This document shows, one piece after another, positions 25,501-37,802 of a DNA stretch of 64,000 bases. The stretch is taken from contig CM060732.1 in NCBI GenBank assembly GCA_030704615.1, positions 46,872,001 to 46,936,000 on the forward strand, in the 5' to 3' direction. The position numbers and the translations under genes are program-made. The notes below the pieces were generated by a model. That model was not told the DNA's origin, ran no database searches, and saw only the letters and a list, made by a program, of their open reading frames with translations. Source of the stretch: Takakia lepidozioides. Taxonomy: Eukaryota; Plantae; Bryophyta. Numbering within the stretch: position 1 is the first letter of the stretch; every line of letters begins with the position of its first letter.

Positions 25501-25859
25501 AGTCGCAATCTATGCACGAGCCAGCAGGATGACACTGGAGCTCGGTGGCATGGTGAGACGGACAAGGAGATGGTGCCCGGATGGCATGCATCTGCATTCT
25601 GTGTATCTTTGGCAGCGGAAGGCCAGGTTGGACCCTGCAATAGGGATAACTGTAGATCAAGTGTCTGAGGACCCTGAGGCCAACAATGAGCAAGGTGGCG
25701 CCAAAGATATACATGAGGATTCAGTTGTGTTGGACTACCTCCGCACTGGAGACACGGCAGCCACTGTGACTGCCAAGGAGAGGATCGATCCTACAACGAG
25801 CCAAGAGGTTCAAGTGGGAGGGGACACACCTGCTCCGAGTGTGGGAGGATGGTCGAGTG

Positions 25860-27146
25860 AGGATTGTGCCTCACCCAACACAGCGAGCACGGTTAGTGCG
25901 GCATGCCCATGAGGAGTTGGGGCATTTTGGAGTGCGACGCACTCATAGTCTACTGCAGGGGCAGTATTGGTGGCGTGGTATGCACACCAGAGGTGCAACA
26001 ATTTGTGGCTAGGTGCATGGGTGTGTGACAAGGTGCGTGCTTCATTCAACGCCCCTACTCCACAATTGCACCCTCTTCCGATCATGGGATTGGGCTACAG
26101 GTGGAGTCTTGACTTCGCAGGGCCGTTGCCACTGACCATGCGCTCACAACAAGTATGTGTTGGTGATGGTGGAGCACTTCTCCAAGTGGATTGAGTTGGT
26201 TCCATTGCCTGATAAGGGCTAGTGAGGGAGCTGCGTATGCATTCTTGGATTGTGTGCTTAGCCGATTCGGTGCTCCAGCTGAGGTACTCACGGGACAAGG
26301 GAGAGAGTTCTTGGGGGAGTTTCAGGCTTTGGTGACAAGGCCTAGACCACCGCACCACTTCTCGGGATCATCCTGAGGCCGATGGCTTGGCAGAGAGAGT
26401 TGTTCAGACAGTGAAGAGGGGTTTGCGCAAGTATGGCTTGCAGAAAGGACACTAGGAGATTGGGACCTTCAGTTACCCTGGTTAGCCATGGGCTACAGGT
26501 TCAGCAAGCAAGCATCAATTGCCTCCTTCTCACCATACTTTCTTCTCTTTGGCCGAGAGCCGGATTTGCCTACATCCATTCGCAGAGAAGCTACTACAGT
26601 TCTTAACCTTGACGATCCGGACGTGTGGGCACGTGCATGTGAGCAGCGTGTAGAGTTGTTCAAGAGAGTCATGCCCATGGCTTTCGAGAACCTTGCCATT
26701 GCACAACACCGTGATACGTTGAGGTATGCTACCATACGTGGTGGGGGCTATCGTCCTGGGGTTCGGAGATTCAACCCTGGTGACTATGTCTATCTGCAGC
26801 AGACTGCTCCTACAACCCTGGATGTGACTGCAGGATGTGTTATTTTAAGGGTTCGAGAGGTCTTGCCCTCAGGCGTCTTGGTCTTGGAGGTCGGGATGAC
26901 ATAACTTGGAAGGACCATGTTCGTAATTGTGCGCCATGTCACCTTCCGAATGTCGATGGCAGGATTGACCCAAACCTGGCAGCGGTATCTGCAGGTTTGA
27001 GGTGCATGTTGTGTGGGTCTGCTAAAGGGGCAGCCACCATGCTGGTGTGCGATCGATGCTCTAAAGGTTGGCATATGGGATGCTTGACTCCACCTCTTGA
27101 GATGGTTCCAGATGGGGATTGGTTATGTCCATATTGCATTGGATAG
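25860..27146 (+). pseudogene. DDE integrase with C-terminal PHD finger (26995-27146)
   Basis: HEELGHFG...C (HHCC), WSLDFAGPLP, GLAERVVQTVK, SPYFLLFG. The C-terminal CMLC...CDRC...WHMGCLTPPL...W.CPYC is a C4HC3 finger. Confidence 0.92.
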
Positions 27147-27406
27147 TGGGAGTGGATACAACCATGGAAGGCTAACAAGCAACGCAAGGCCCAGCTACTA
27201 GGAGACCTTGAACACACGAGATCCTGGCTCAAGTTCACAGATTGCAAGACGACGACTAACGATGGGGCTACTCTTATACCCGGCCCCTTGGTCTATAGAG
27301 TTTGAGTACAATAGGAACAGTGATAGAGGACTTAGTACGGCTATGGCTATTACATCTTGTAGCTATCTGGAGGTAGAGGGACCTATCCACCAGCTAGGGG
27401 GGCGAT

Positions 27407-27931
27407 TGTGGTAGACTACTTTATTGTGCATATATGTGTGGTGTGGTTTGGACAGCGATGTAGTTGTGTAGCGATATGTATGCGCACGACAGCTGTCAAG
27501 TTAAATAAGCACAGTGTGAAAACAGCTAGAATAAAACTAGTTATTTGTATTTAACACTTGGATTTAGGTCAAGTGTTAAATCAGGTGTCAAGTTTAGTTT
27601 GATACCTGGTCCGTCTTATCTTCACGAGAGCGGCAGTCGCGCAGCTCATCTCTCTCGAGTTGAGCCTGCGCGACCGAGCTCCTGCGTGCGTTCAGATCTG
27701 AGTGTACTCATGATGGGAGTGTAGGTTGTTGTGGGGTGGAGTCCCCATAGCTTGGGGTGCCCCTGGCTCGACTACTATTTCAAAGAGTGATGATGGTTTT
27801 GGTTTTCAGGTTTTGTGTCAACAGTGTTTTCTAGTTTTCTTATCATTGTGGTAGACTACTTTATTGTGCATATATGTGTGGTGTGGTTTGGACAGCGATG
27901 TAGTTGTGTGGCGATATGTATGCGCACGACA
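27407..27931 (+). repeat. 3' terminal block A(27407-27491)-GC-B(27494-27845)-T-A(27847-27931)
   Basis: The two 85-bp A copies differ at one base. The full LTR A+B runs TG...CA directly after the PPT. Confidence 0.95.
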
Positions 27932-30900
27932 CTCTGTCAGGGGCTGACGTTGGTAGTAAGACTTACCTCCATATAAAGAATTAATCCGGGTTTTCCAGAT
28001 ATCCTCTAGAAATCCCTTCACACAAGCATCAATCTGTTGTGTGTGATTTGCCCAAAAACTAGGCCTCAGGAGGGCCTGGGCTTTTGGCTCAGCCTCAAGA
28101 CTTTCAAAGTTGGTAAACAGGGGTACGGGCACAATTCCCTTAATAGATTTGAAGAGAGCGTCTCTTTGGTGAGAGAACCCCGGACAGTGTATCAGAAAAT
28201 GAATACTGTCTTCAGATTGCCCACACAACGGGCAATTGCACTCTCCCTTTCCTCTCTGCTTCAGTTTGCTGTTCAAAGGTAGGCTTCCTGCCTTGAGTTT
28301 AAATTTCAGTCTAGTGCCGAGAGTGGGTAGACCCTTGAGGTCATCCAAGATGTCCTCCCCCATGTCACAGACTAGAAACAAGTTCAGGGAAGTTTTCTGC
28401 CTAACTTCATTTTCATCAGACAATCTCATGGCAACAGACATGGCTGAGGACATTACAGCCTCTAAGTCAGATTTATCCAGCAGGGTCAAGACTTGCGGAT
28501 CCAGGTCCAGGTCCTTGAGGATCTCTTCTACTCTCTTCTACCAGGACTTAGCCTGTTTGACAGGGCGGTCCTGTTTCCAAGATATAGAGTCGATTAACTT
28601 AGGATATCTGGTGTTGGGCATATGTTGCAGCTGACCCCACCATCTGACCTTAAATTCATCTCGTTGGGAGCTTAAGGACGGAATGCCAAACTCACCCCGA
28701 ACAGCCACATTGGCTGTTTTGGAGCATGCTGACATACACTCCTTAAGCACCCCCACTTGAATGGATTCTAGAGACTTAGGCTGGTTGGAGTTATCAACCC
28801 ATATAGCAGATCCGTACTCCAAGGCAGGTCTAATAACGCGACAAAGCATGGTTTTCTTAACCTCAGAGTTGACCCCTCTGCAGTGGAAAAATTTAGTGAG
28901 CCCCAGAGCTTTGCCCTTGCCAGTTTGAACAACTTTCCGGATATGTGCATCCCAATTACAATTGGAGGAGAACTCAACACCCAGGTAAGTGTAGGAAGGG
29001 AGGACCGGGATCTCTTGGCTACCCCACTGCCACTTAAGATCACTTCCTCCCTCTCCTCTGTCGTTGAATGCTACCACTGCACATTTGCTGACATTAGCCT
29101 CTAGCCCCCAAAGATCAAAGTATCTCTTCGCGCAATCAATCAACTCCTGGAGATTGGTTGGAGTCTCCCCTATGCCTGCGAAGTCATCCGCAAACATAAG
29201 GGCTGGTATGGTGGTATCACCCACCCTTAACCCAAATCCCTCACTTTCCACATCCTCGAGGAGTTGATTGATGAAAACATTGAAGAGCAGAGGGGAGAGA
29301 GTACATCCTTGAGCTACACCTTGGTCTATGTCAAAGAAGTTGGACTTCTGTCCGTTAACAGTGACACAGCTTTTGGTGTGAGCATACAAGTTGTGGACAA
29401 CTCTCCACATCTTTCCCTTGATCCCACAAGACCAGAGGCGGAACCATAGGCCATCTCTCCACACTGTGTCATAAGCCTTTTTGACATCCAGGAAAAAGAC
29501 ATAAGTGGGTTTCCCTTCTTTTTTCCTTCCCTGGATAATCTAGCTTAGAGTGAAGATATGATCCACACAGCCCCTGTTTCGCCGAAAGCCAGCTTGGCCT
29601 TCGTGGAAACAACCTCTAGACTCCAGATCAACCTCTTCCCGCTATATAAGTAACAGCAGGTAGGTTGTAAATCATAATCGCATTGGTCCTACATTGTCCC
29701 ATATTGATTGCCCGTAGTCTACATCGCGTAGGATACTTAAGCAGATGGGGTCTACGGGAGGTGGTCCGGATGGTGGAGGCCTGTAGTAGGGCTCCGTATA
29801 CAGGGCTCCATATGTATATGGAGCCACACTACTCCGTCATAGCTGGCCTCCTCAGAGCCAATCAGAAGGCGGCTATGCGGCAAGCAAGCTGCTCTCGACT
29901 GCTACAGAGTTTGTATGTCAGGACAGCCGTCCTATATTTTCTATTTCCATGGAAACATTGTGACCCTATTATCTTCTTTTTGTGCTCACGCCTCCATTAT
30001 GCACACCTGTGCTCACGTTTTACTACTTACGCCTTCCCTTGTTCAAAAAGAAGTTGAGTAACTTAGGTGCTGGGAGTTAGTGTCCCTCCTCGCTCTTTGA
30101 ACTTGTGCTCAGGGTTCTGCCCTATGCTATCTGTTTACTATTTACCTGTTTTGTTACCGGTTTAGGTGACCTGCCCAAGGGGGGGCACTATTTTCAGGCG
30201 TGTGTGTGTTTCCTGCTTGCTTATGTGGTTATGGGTTCCTAGTGTGTACGCCTTATTATGGCACTATGCCAGGGGTTTTTTATTTTTTCCCCTCAATTTA
30301 TAAGAATTGACCACCAGTAAATAGAACAGTGACCACCCAGGTGATTCTGGTTTCAAATCCTGCCACCTTGTCAGGTGTGATATATCCAGTGTTGGAGTGG
30401 TATATAGATGAAGGACTGGTAGATGTTCTAGTATATGCACTGGTATTAGATACCAGACCAGGCTGGTATCAGTTTTTTCATACTAACCACAATACCCGTA
30501 CTTCCCCCTTCCTCCCCCCCCTCTTTCTCATTTACTCTAGTATGTGTACTATATAAATTTATGTTTACATATGCCTACATATTTGTACTCATGTATATTT
30601 ACTTCTTTATGTGTATTGTATTTGTTTTCACATGATACCTACTTGCTATTTGATACACTTGTAATTCAAGATGGCTTTGGAATGATACCAGAATGATATC
30701 TCATACCAGCTGGTATTGTGATTATGATACTCATACTCATACCAGTATCTAGCAAAAAATACATCCACGATTATATAGACCAAACTGGTATGAAAGTTTT
30801 GTGATATGTCTGGTACCAGGACCAGTCTGGCACGTCCTAGAGCTGAGCAACAGTGGTATAAGCTTCTCCCCCTTCCCTTGGGTGGTGTCCCTAGAGCCTT

Positions 30901-33900
30901 GTGCTTGGCGCCTCACTGTGGTCAGGTTACTATGAAAGAGGTTATTTCCTCCTCTCACTATAATTAAGGGGCCTGATTTGTGACGGTCACTCCCGGGTAT
31001 TTCTCTTTTAATTTTCTTTTTGATATTTCCAAATAAAAACAAAAAATATAGTAAGACCTCACCTATGCCATATATATATACACACGCTTTTCTGCTCTAG
31101 AACTCCCAGCACGCAGTTGCGTGGAACAACTCCTTGTTGGTCTCCATGGCTTCCCCCAAGGTTATTTTTTCCTTGCTTGTCCTCCATTTTTCATTTAATA
31201 AATTTTCAGGGCCTCTGTCCCCTGTTCATAAATAAGTAAATAGATAAATAAATATAGCCATACTATGACTGTTCACATCTCTCAATGTTCCAATTTACAT
31301 GTATCCATATCTAGTGTGAGGTTTTTTTTTGTTTTTTTTTGTGTGTGTCAATCCTTGCCTCGGTCTAGCTCCTGTAAATTGCCACCACTTTGGGCTTGTT
31401 GATGACAAAGCTAAAATGACCCCCAGGTGATTCTGGGCTCAAATCCTGATCCCTTGTGGATCGTGGTTTAATCTTCTCCCCGGTGTCACATGAACTTTGA
31501 TTGTGGGAGCCTCATGGCGAGGTTACTTTGAAAGAGGTTCGTTTCTCTCACTCCAATGAAGGGGCGTGATTTACGGTGCTGGCAACTTGCAGGACTCATT
31601 GGGGGATATTTTCCAGTCCAGATTGGTCCTAGTACTAGATGTATCAGAAAATTTTCATACCAGTCTGGTCTATATAAGGGATGATGGCTTTGGAATGACA
31701 CCAGAATTGATGTCTGGTATTGTGGTCGTGATACTCATATTCATACCAGTATCTGGAAAAAAAATAGCAAGTATCCAGTGAAAACAATAAAGAAGTAAAT
31801 ATATTTCAGTACAAGTATGTAGGCATATGCACAAATAAATTAGTATAGCACACATACCAGAGGATTTTGGATTGACATACCTTTTTTATACCTTATTTTT
31901 TATGTTAGCATTACCCCTAAACCCTTACGAATGAGGAAGACGGCGGGGAGTACCGATATTGTGGCTGGTATAAAAAAAACTAATACCAGCCTGGTCTGGT
32001 ATATGACCAAGTATTCTCCCAAATGATACCAGACTGGTTTGGTATCTAATACCAGTGCAAATAACAGTCCTTCACCCAGACGTTTCTTTTATTGGCAATT
32101 TATCGGCAGATTGCGACCACAAAAAATTAAATCGAATATTCTGTCGCAAATTCCCTGTTTTTTCATGGATGAGATCGCTAGACTTCTCCAAATAAAAAAT
32201 AAATTATGGATGAATTCACCAAATATGGATGATAAATTACTTATCTGGATGAATTTCAGTGGATGAACAGAATTTATGGCTATTTCTTGTAAGACTCTGT
32301 AGCCACTCGTGCTGTTTTCCAAATTCCTTAAAAGAAACCCTGCCTTCACCTATATACCACTCCAACACTGGTACAATAATAAAAGAATAAAATGTCGAAT
32401 TACCATTGTGGTCATTGGTTATTTTCCGACCAAGGTAAACCATGTTGGTGCCCGAAGAATAATGATTAGAAATGCAATTTCCAATTAAGGAAATATGTTG
32501 TTTTCCACTTTACAGAGCAGTAAAGACATCTGAAGAAAAATGAGTAGATCTCTGGAAAGACAGTAAGGGCGGGTCCCGCTTTTTGCAGAGAGTGGCAGGC
32601 CATCATTTAATGGGCCCCGCTCCGGTCAGCGGAGAATCTCGGGCAGACTCGGCACATCTCCAAATTTCTCACATCTGACGGTAGCCAACATCCTTCAATG
32701 ACAGTCCATGGATTTACCCTCACTTACTTAGCAAAATTGCAAAGTAATTTATGGGTTGCTCATCCGTGACTCATCGTGCCAACAAAATCCTTGTGAGGTA
32801 CTTTGGGTGTTGCCAGAAAGGCTTATGATGGCCTGCTTTGCTTCAGGTCAATTTCCCATCAAGTAGCTTCCCTTCAATAAAAGACAATCGCTTACTTTTG
32901 CTCTGCTGTAAAGCCTGCATCTTTCCTCTTTTGCCACCTTGCCAATTGCCGCTTCCTTCACTAAGTTCCAACCAACGGAAACCATAACAGTTATGTTATT
33001 TTCTGGACAAGAGACTACCCTTTAGAGTATAAGTTTTCTGTAGGGCTACCAATTTAGTCGGGAGAGTAAAATCAATATATGAAGCGAGGTAGTTTGTTTG
33101 TTTTGTTTTGTACAATTGAGATGCCCCAACCGGCGCCCCAGGCCTGGTGCTTGGTACCATTGGAAAGCCCTCGATGAGGAGGGGTGCACCGACTTGCTCT
33201 CAGTATTTTTGGACATGCGGTGTGGGAGATATCATGGAATTTCAACTACTCTTGGTCGCTGGAAAGTGGCAAATTATTCACACATGGGCCCGGCATAGGA
33301 GAGCTTAGATGACACTGGACACTTGGGCCAAGAGCACAGGCTACCCCAGTATAGTTTGAATAAACTAATTCCCACTCCTTTTCTTAAAAAAAGAAAAAAA
33401 GAAAAAAAAGAATGCCATTGGACTGCAAAATGACCCCACCGCCACAGTCGGTAGGTAGCTCAAAATAGAAGAGTATGATATCCCTCCTTGTCTATAAAGC
33501 GTAAGAGAGAAAAAAAAAGAAAAAAGAAAGAAAGTCTGATGCCTCCCAAGCATAAATTATGTTGTATCGTGACCCGGTGGGGGTACTGCCTTCCGGCGGC
33601 AAGTTGGACACCTTGGTGATGCCAATCGGTGGATTGAACATTGAACCCATGCATGTCACCTAACTAATAAATCAGTTGAAATCCTGACCTCCTCGGACGT
33701 GGTATTATTATCTTCTCCCCCTTCCCTTTGCAGGGTCTCATCCGCCTCATGCTCGGCGAGGTTTCTTCGAAACAGCTTATTTTCTCCTCTCGTTTCTTGG
33801 AAGGAGATGCAGACTCGCAGTGTCCATATAATCAGATTAAAAGGTGACGAAAAAAATAACCCCGCGAAGGAGGGGGGGAAGCCACCCCCCTGAGCAAAGC

Positions 33901-35440
33901 CATCAACTGAGAAGCAAAAGCTGGTCTGGTCTTGAGGAAGACTGACTCACAAGACAGAACTTAGACTCAGTTTCCCTTTTTCTAATTATTAGAAAATAGC
34001 TTTTGAGGCCTGCTCTCCAGATAAAAGGTATATTATGGATGAATTCGCAAAAAATGATGATATTAATGGATGAAAGTACAGAGATGGATGAATTTTAGTC
34101 GATGAACAGAATGTACCGCTATTTTTGGCAAAACTCTGTAGCCACTCGTGCTGTTTTCCAAATTTCTTAAGAAAACACTGCTCTGGTCTCTCAGGGTCTA
34201 AGAACCAAAAAACAAAAAAAGCAAAAAGAAAGTAAGACAAATAACGTCGGACGTGGCAACAACGCTGTTGGGAACGTGAGCAGCACATCCACGATTATTC
34301 GCTCGCGACCCATGTCACCGGAGGTCTGGAGTTCAAACCCTCAACTGCCTCGTCGCCACGGCTCTGTCAAAGGGACTGCCGTCATGAATGCAGTTTAACG
34401 TCCCTGTCAACAGAGTCGTCCAATGCCGCGGCAGCCATCGCAAAGTCAAGGGTCCAGTGCTCGCACAAGCGTAGAACGCCCGTCGCCCGCGTATTCCCTT
34501 GCCGACGAAGTCAAATTGACCGTCGGGGTTCCGCATCCGGGATTCGAGCCCGGCATCTCCCCCGCTGTCGGTATCCAATAGATTAGGGTTGCGTTGTCCG
34601 GGCCGAGGCTGCGGCTCGGAAGAGGAACGAGGAGAAGGAAGGGATAGGTTGGGGGGACACGGAGATCGAAGCGCGGCCGCCCGCACCCGGTGCGCGATTC
34701 TCTGACGCTGCACCAATGGAGGTGTCACCCCTAGCGACTGCACGCTTTTTTACGTCTGAGCAGCGGAGATCAGTGTGCTTTTTGATCAGCGCTGAGGTTT
34801 TCTGTTCTTAAAGAGCTGAGGGAGTCGTGCACTAGGGCCGCTCTGATCTAGCCGGAGCTACAGTGTGTCTTTCAAGTTCCTAGACGCAGCGTCAGCACGG
34901 GTGGCCTCTTACTGTTATGTGTTTGCTTATTAGCGAGTGTGATGAGCTCATTCTTAAGGCTCATTTGCCGTTGGAGATAAGTCAGTGAGTCGTACACGGT
35001 TGTAGATAGGCCGAAGCGGTAGTGTGTTTTGAAGTTTGTGGAGTTTCCCGTGCCGTCACATGCCACCAGGTTCAGCTCAGCCGGGCACTATATGCAAGTA
35101 TCTGACGGGATCTTAAGCAAGCAGCTCGCTCTCCTTTCGGTTCTGATGAGCTCTTGGAGGACCGGGCCGTTTTTTCCTCATCGTTGTCCTCAAGCATTAG
35201 GAGCTCCGCTTACTGCTTCTGACAAGGTCTCTGAAGTATTCTGAAAGAAGTTCTTCCAAGGTTTTTGGTAGTGCTCTGGCGCTTTCTTCTCTTGGAGTCG
35301 TGATTTATGAGGGACGTACAAGAACAGGAGGGCTCGAGAAGGTGCTTGACGTATATGCACAATTAGCTATTTGGTGATGAAGGCTTGTTGGGACTGAAGG
35401 GCTTTCCTGGAGAGGCAGACATAGGGTAGGAGGCCAGGGC

Positions 35441-37802
35441 ATGGCTCAGGAACCGGTTGCTATACAGGCCAATGGGAAGATGCGACCTCTCAAGGCTTGG
35501 AAACTGAGAATGCCATGGGGAGGACAACAAGACTCGCAGCAGCAGCAGAAATTTTCTTCGGCTACAGGACGCCAAAATGGGGAGGCTTCAGGGTCTCGTT
35601 CCTCAGTGTCGTCCATAGCTAGAGCTTTTTTGCTAAGCCGTCGGCGCCTTCGACTTGATCCCGACAAAAGGTTGCATTTCCTGTGTGAGTTCCAAATCCT
35701 ACCAACACCCTAGTCTTTGCCCGAGCTTATGTGCTCTTATCTTGAGATATTGGTGGTCTTCGCAAGATGCTGACAAGCTGTTCTCCTCTATCTCTGCTTC
35801 AGATGAGCCAGGAAAGCAAGTGTCGAGTGCAATAAAGATAAAGAATGTGAGCCGCTCACATGTTGCGTTCAAAGTAAGTGCAGTTTATGCTTGTCCTCGT
35901 TGTGAAACATCCTAAGCCAGGGGAATATTTGATGTGCTGTGCTGACCTTGAACTGGTTTGGATACATTTTTCATTTGGCACTGCAGTTTCAGACAACAGC
36001 GCCCAAGAGCTGCTTTATGCGACCTCCCAATGGCATTCTTCCTCCAAACGGGTCCATATTTGCAACTGGTATGAAATTAAAGCAGCTTTTGGCAGACCGA
36101 AGATTACTGATGATTAAATGAATATCGTGTGGCCATCCTGCTATAGCAAGGTGCCTGGACTTTGTCCGTATTGTACTTGCTACTTAGGTCTGAAGGCTTT
36201 GTTTCCTTGCAGCTAGTTGTTCCACAAATCTCTTCTAACTGTTTCATCATGGAAAGAGTTAGCTTGTGATGACAAGGCATGAACTATATGGAGAAAGAGC
36301 CTCATTGTGACTTTGATCATTTGCAGTGGTCAAGTTCGTGGAGCAGCCTGAGCGCCTGCAGGAGAAGAAAAACAAGGACAAGTTCAAGATTGTGAGCTTG
36401 GCTGTGAAAGAGGGTGTCGAATACACTCCAGAACTCGTAAGGACAGATTTAGGAGTGACGGAGTTTCAATAAATGACAGACTACTGAGACCGAGAATGAA
36501 TGTTTAGGATGACTTGTTGATGCAATGAATGGATAGTGAAGAGAATCTGTGGTAGTAATGGAGAGGTATTTAATGACAAAGGCTGGCAGTTTGACACAAT
36601 ATTAGTTGTGCAGTGGGAGCTTTGCATACACAACTTACCTATTGTGAAGCTTTAGGGTTTGTAGAGTCTACAAACAGCAGACCGTTGATTAAGCTTGTGG
36701 TGTCTGGACTCTGTGAAGTTTGAGGAGCAAAAGGAGGTGGTGGCTGTTGAGCGCATCCTGCGAGTTGTTTTCATTGATCCTCAACGAGCCTCTCCGGTAT
36801 GCCCCATTTCCAATGCAGGCACTCCTTGAAGCAAGTTTGTGCAAAATAACTTCATGCTGTATGGTAGTTGATGAGTGCAAAGGTGTTTGAGGCCAGGTCA
36901 TGAAATCTCCTCACGATTACATGGCTGTAAAGTTATAGTGTGGCAAGTCTGAGATTTCAGAAAGGGTTTTGAGAGGAATGTGTAGTGGGAACCTGTAAAC
37001 GCCATGGCAGCAGTTTCAACTGCAGCAATGTAAGATATAGGATGCTTGCAAGAGGTATTTTTTGTCCATATCAAACATGCTTTGTGTGAGCCTTTTAGAG
37101 AAAGTTTCATGCTCCAATGTTGTTCACAGGCATCCGAGCTCTGCAGTAGGATCTGAAGGCTGTTCTGACCTGCTGGTCTGCACAAAACTGATGACATGTC
37201 TGGTGATGATTGTGTCTGCCACTATGTATGTTTGGTATTCCTGGCAGCCTTTCATCAACAGTGGTTTCTCAAACTCAACATTGGGTGCAGGAGGAAATAG
37301 ACAAGCTGCAGAAGCGATTGGCGGAAGCAGAAGCCGCAGAAGCGGCTCGCAAGAAACCACAGGAGGACAAGCACCCCAAGGGTGCAATGATGGTGGAGGG
37401 GCTTGTGATCGATGAATGGGTATGTTATTCCTCCTCTCTCACATTACCATGCTGTTCCCTTCTCTGGGGCTTTGTCTGTTTGCCAGGATACTTGACATTG
37501 TGACTGACAAGTGATGCTTTAAGTAGTATCAGCATCTATCAACACCCTATTGTTTCCGCTTCCCTAAACTTGTCTGAATGACTCACTTGAGAGTTTGAGA
37601 TCAGCCAAGTATACCTCTGTTTCCAAGTCCACTTTCCTTGGGCTACAGTGTCTCTTGTACTGGCATAGCCTTACCATTTGCTTATTGATATTCAAGAGCA
37701 TCATGAACTCTCATACTTAGTACCTTTTTCTGGCTTTCACAGAAGCAGCGCAGAGAAAACTATCTGGCACGACAGCAAGTGGAAGGAGCAGAGTCTCTAT
37801 GA
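35441..37802 (+). CDS. VAMP-associated protein (VAP27/VAP4-type, MSP domain), 7 coding exons
   Basis: Exons ~35441-35684, 35803-35873, 35987-36068, 36327-36436, 36719-36796, 37291-37419, 37743-37802. Motifs RRRLRLDP, VAFK/FQTTAPKSCFMRPP, GEG-like LVIDEW/KQRRENYLARQQ; GT-AG junctions. Confidence 0.92.

Larger units (their letters stand above)
15699..27931 (+). mobile_element. Ty3/gypsy LTR retrotransposon encoding gag, PR, C5 DNA methyltransferase, RT, RNase H, integrase and PHD; permuted terminal repeats; 4-bp TSD CTCT
   Basis: TGTC...GACA ends; TSD CTCT at 15695-15698 and 27932-27935; domain order PR-RT-RH-IN; PPT AGGGGGG at 27396-27402. Confidence 0.93.
15605..29633 (-). mobile_element. 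5'-truncated LINE (copy 1) split by the gypsy insertion: 3' end 15605-15698, body 27932-29633
   Basis: RT with FADD (28538-29464) and C-terminal CPLC...HFLIHC. The sequence on the two sides of the LTR element rejoins to CAGAACCTAC-CTCT-GTCAGGGG, as seen intact at ~42603-42624. Confidence 0.92.

Noticed and set aside
15699-27931. DIRS/Ngaro tyrosine-recombinase element, suggested by the split direct repeats and methyltransferase
   Set aside because: It encodes a protease and an HHCC/DDE integrase and has a TSD and PPT. No YR motifs were seen, and the MTase is C5-type.
30387-32369. Single TIR element bounded by CAGTGTTGGAGTGG inverted ends
   Set aside because: No matching TSD; more likely nested fragments of related MITE families.
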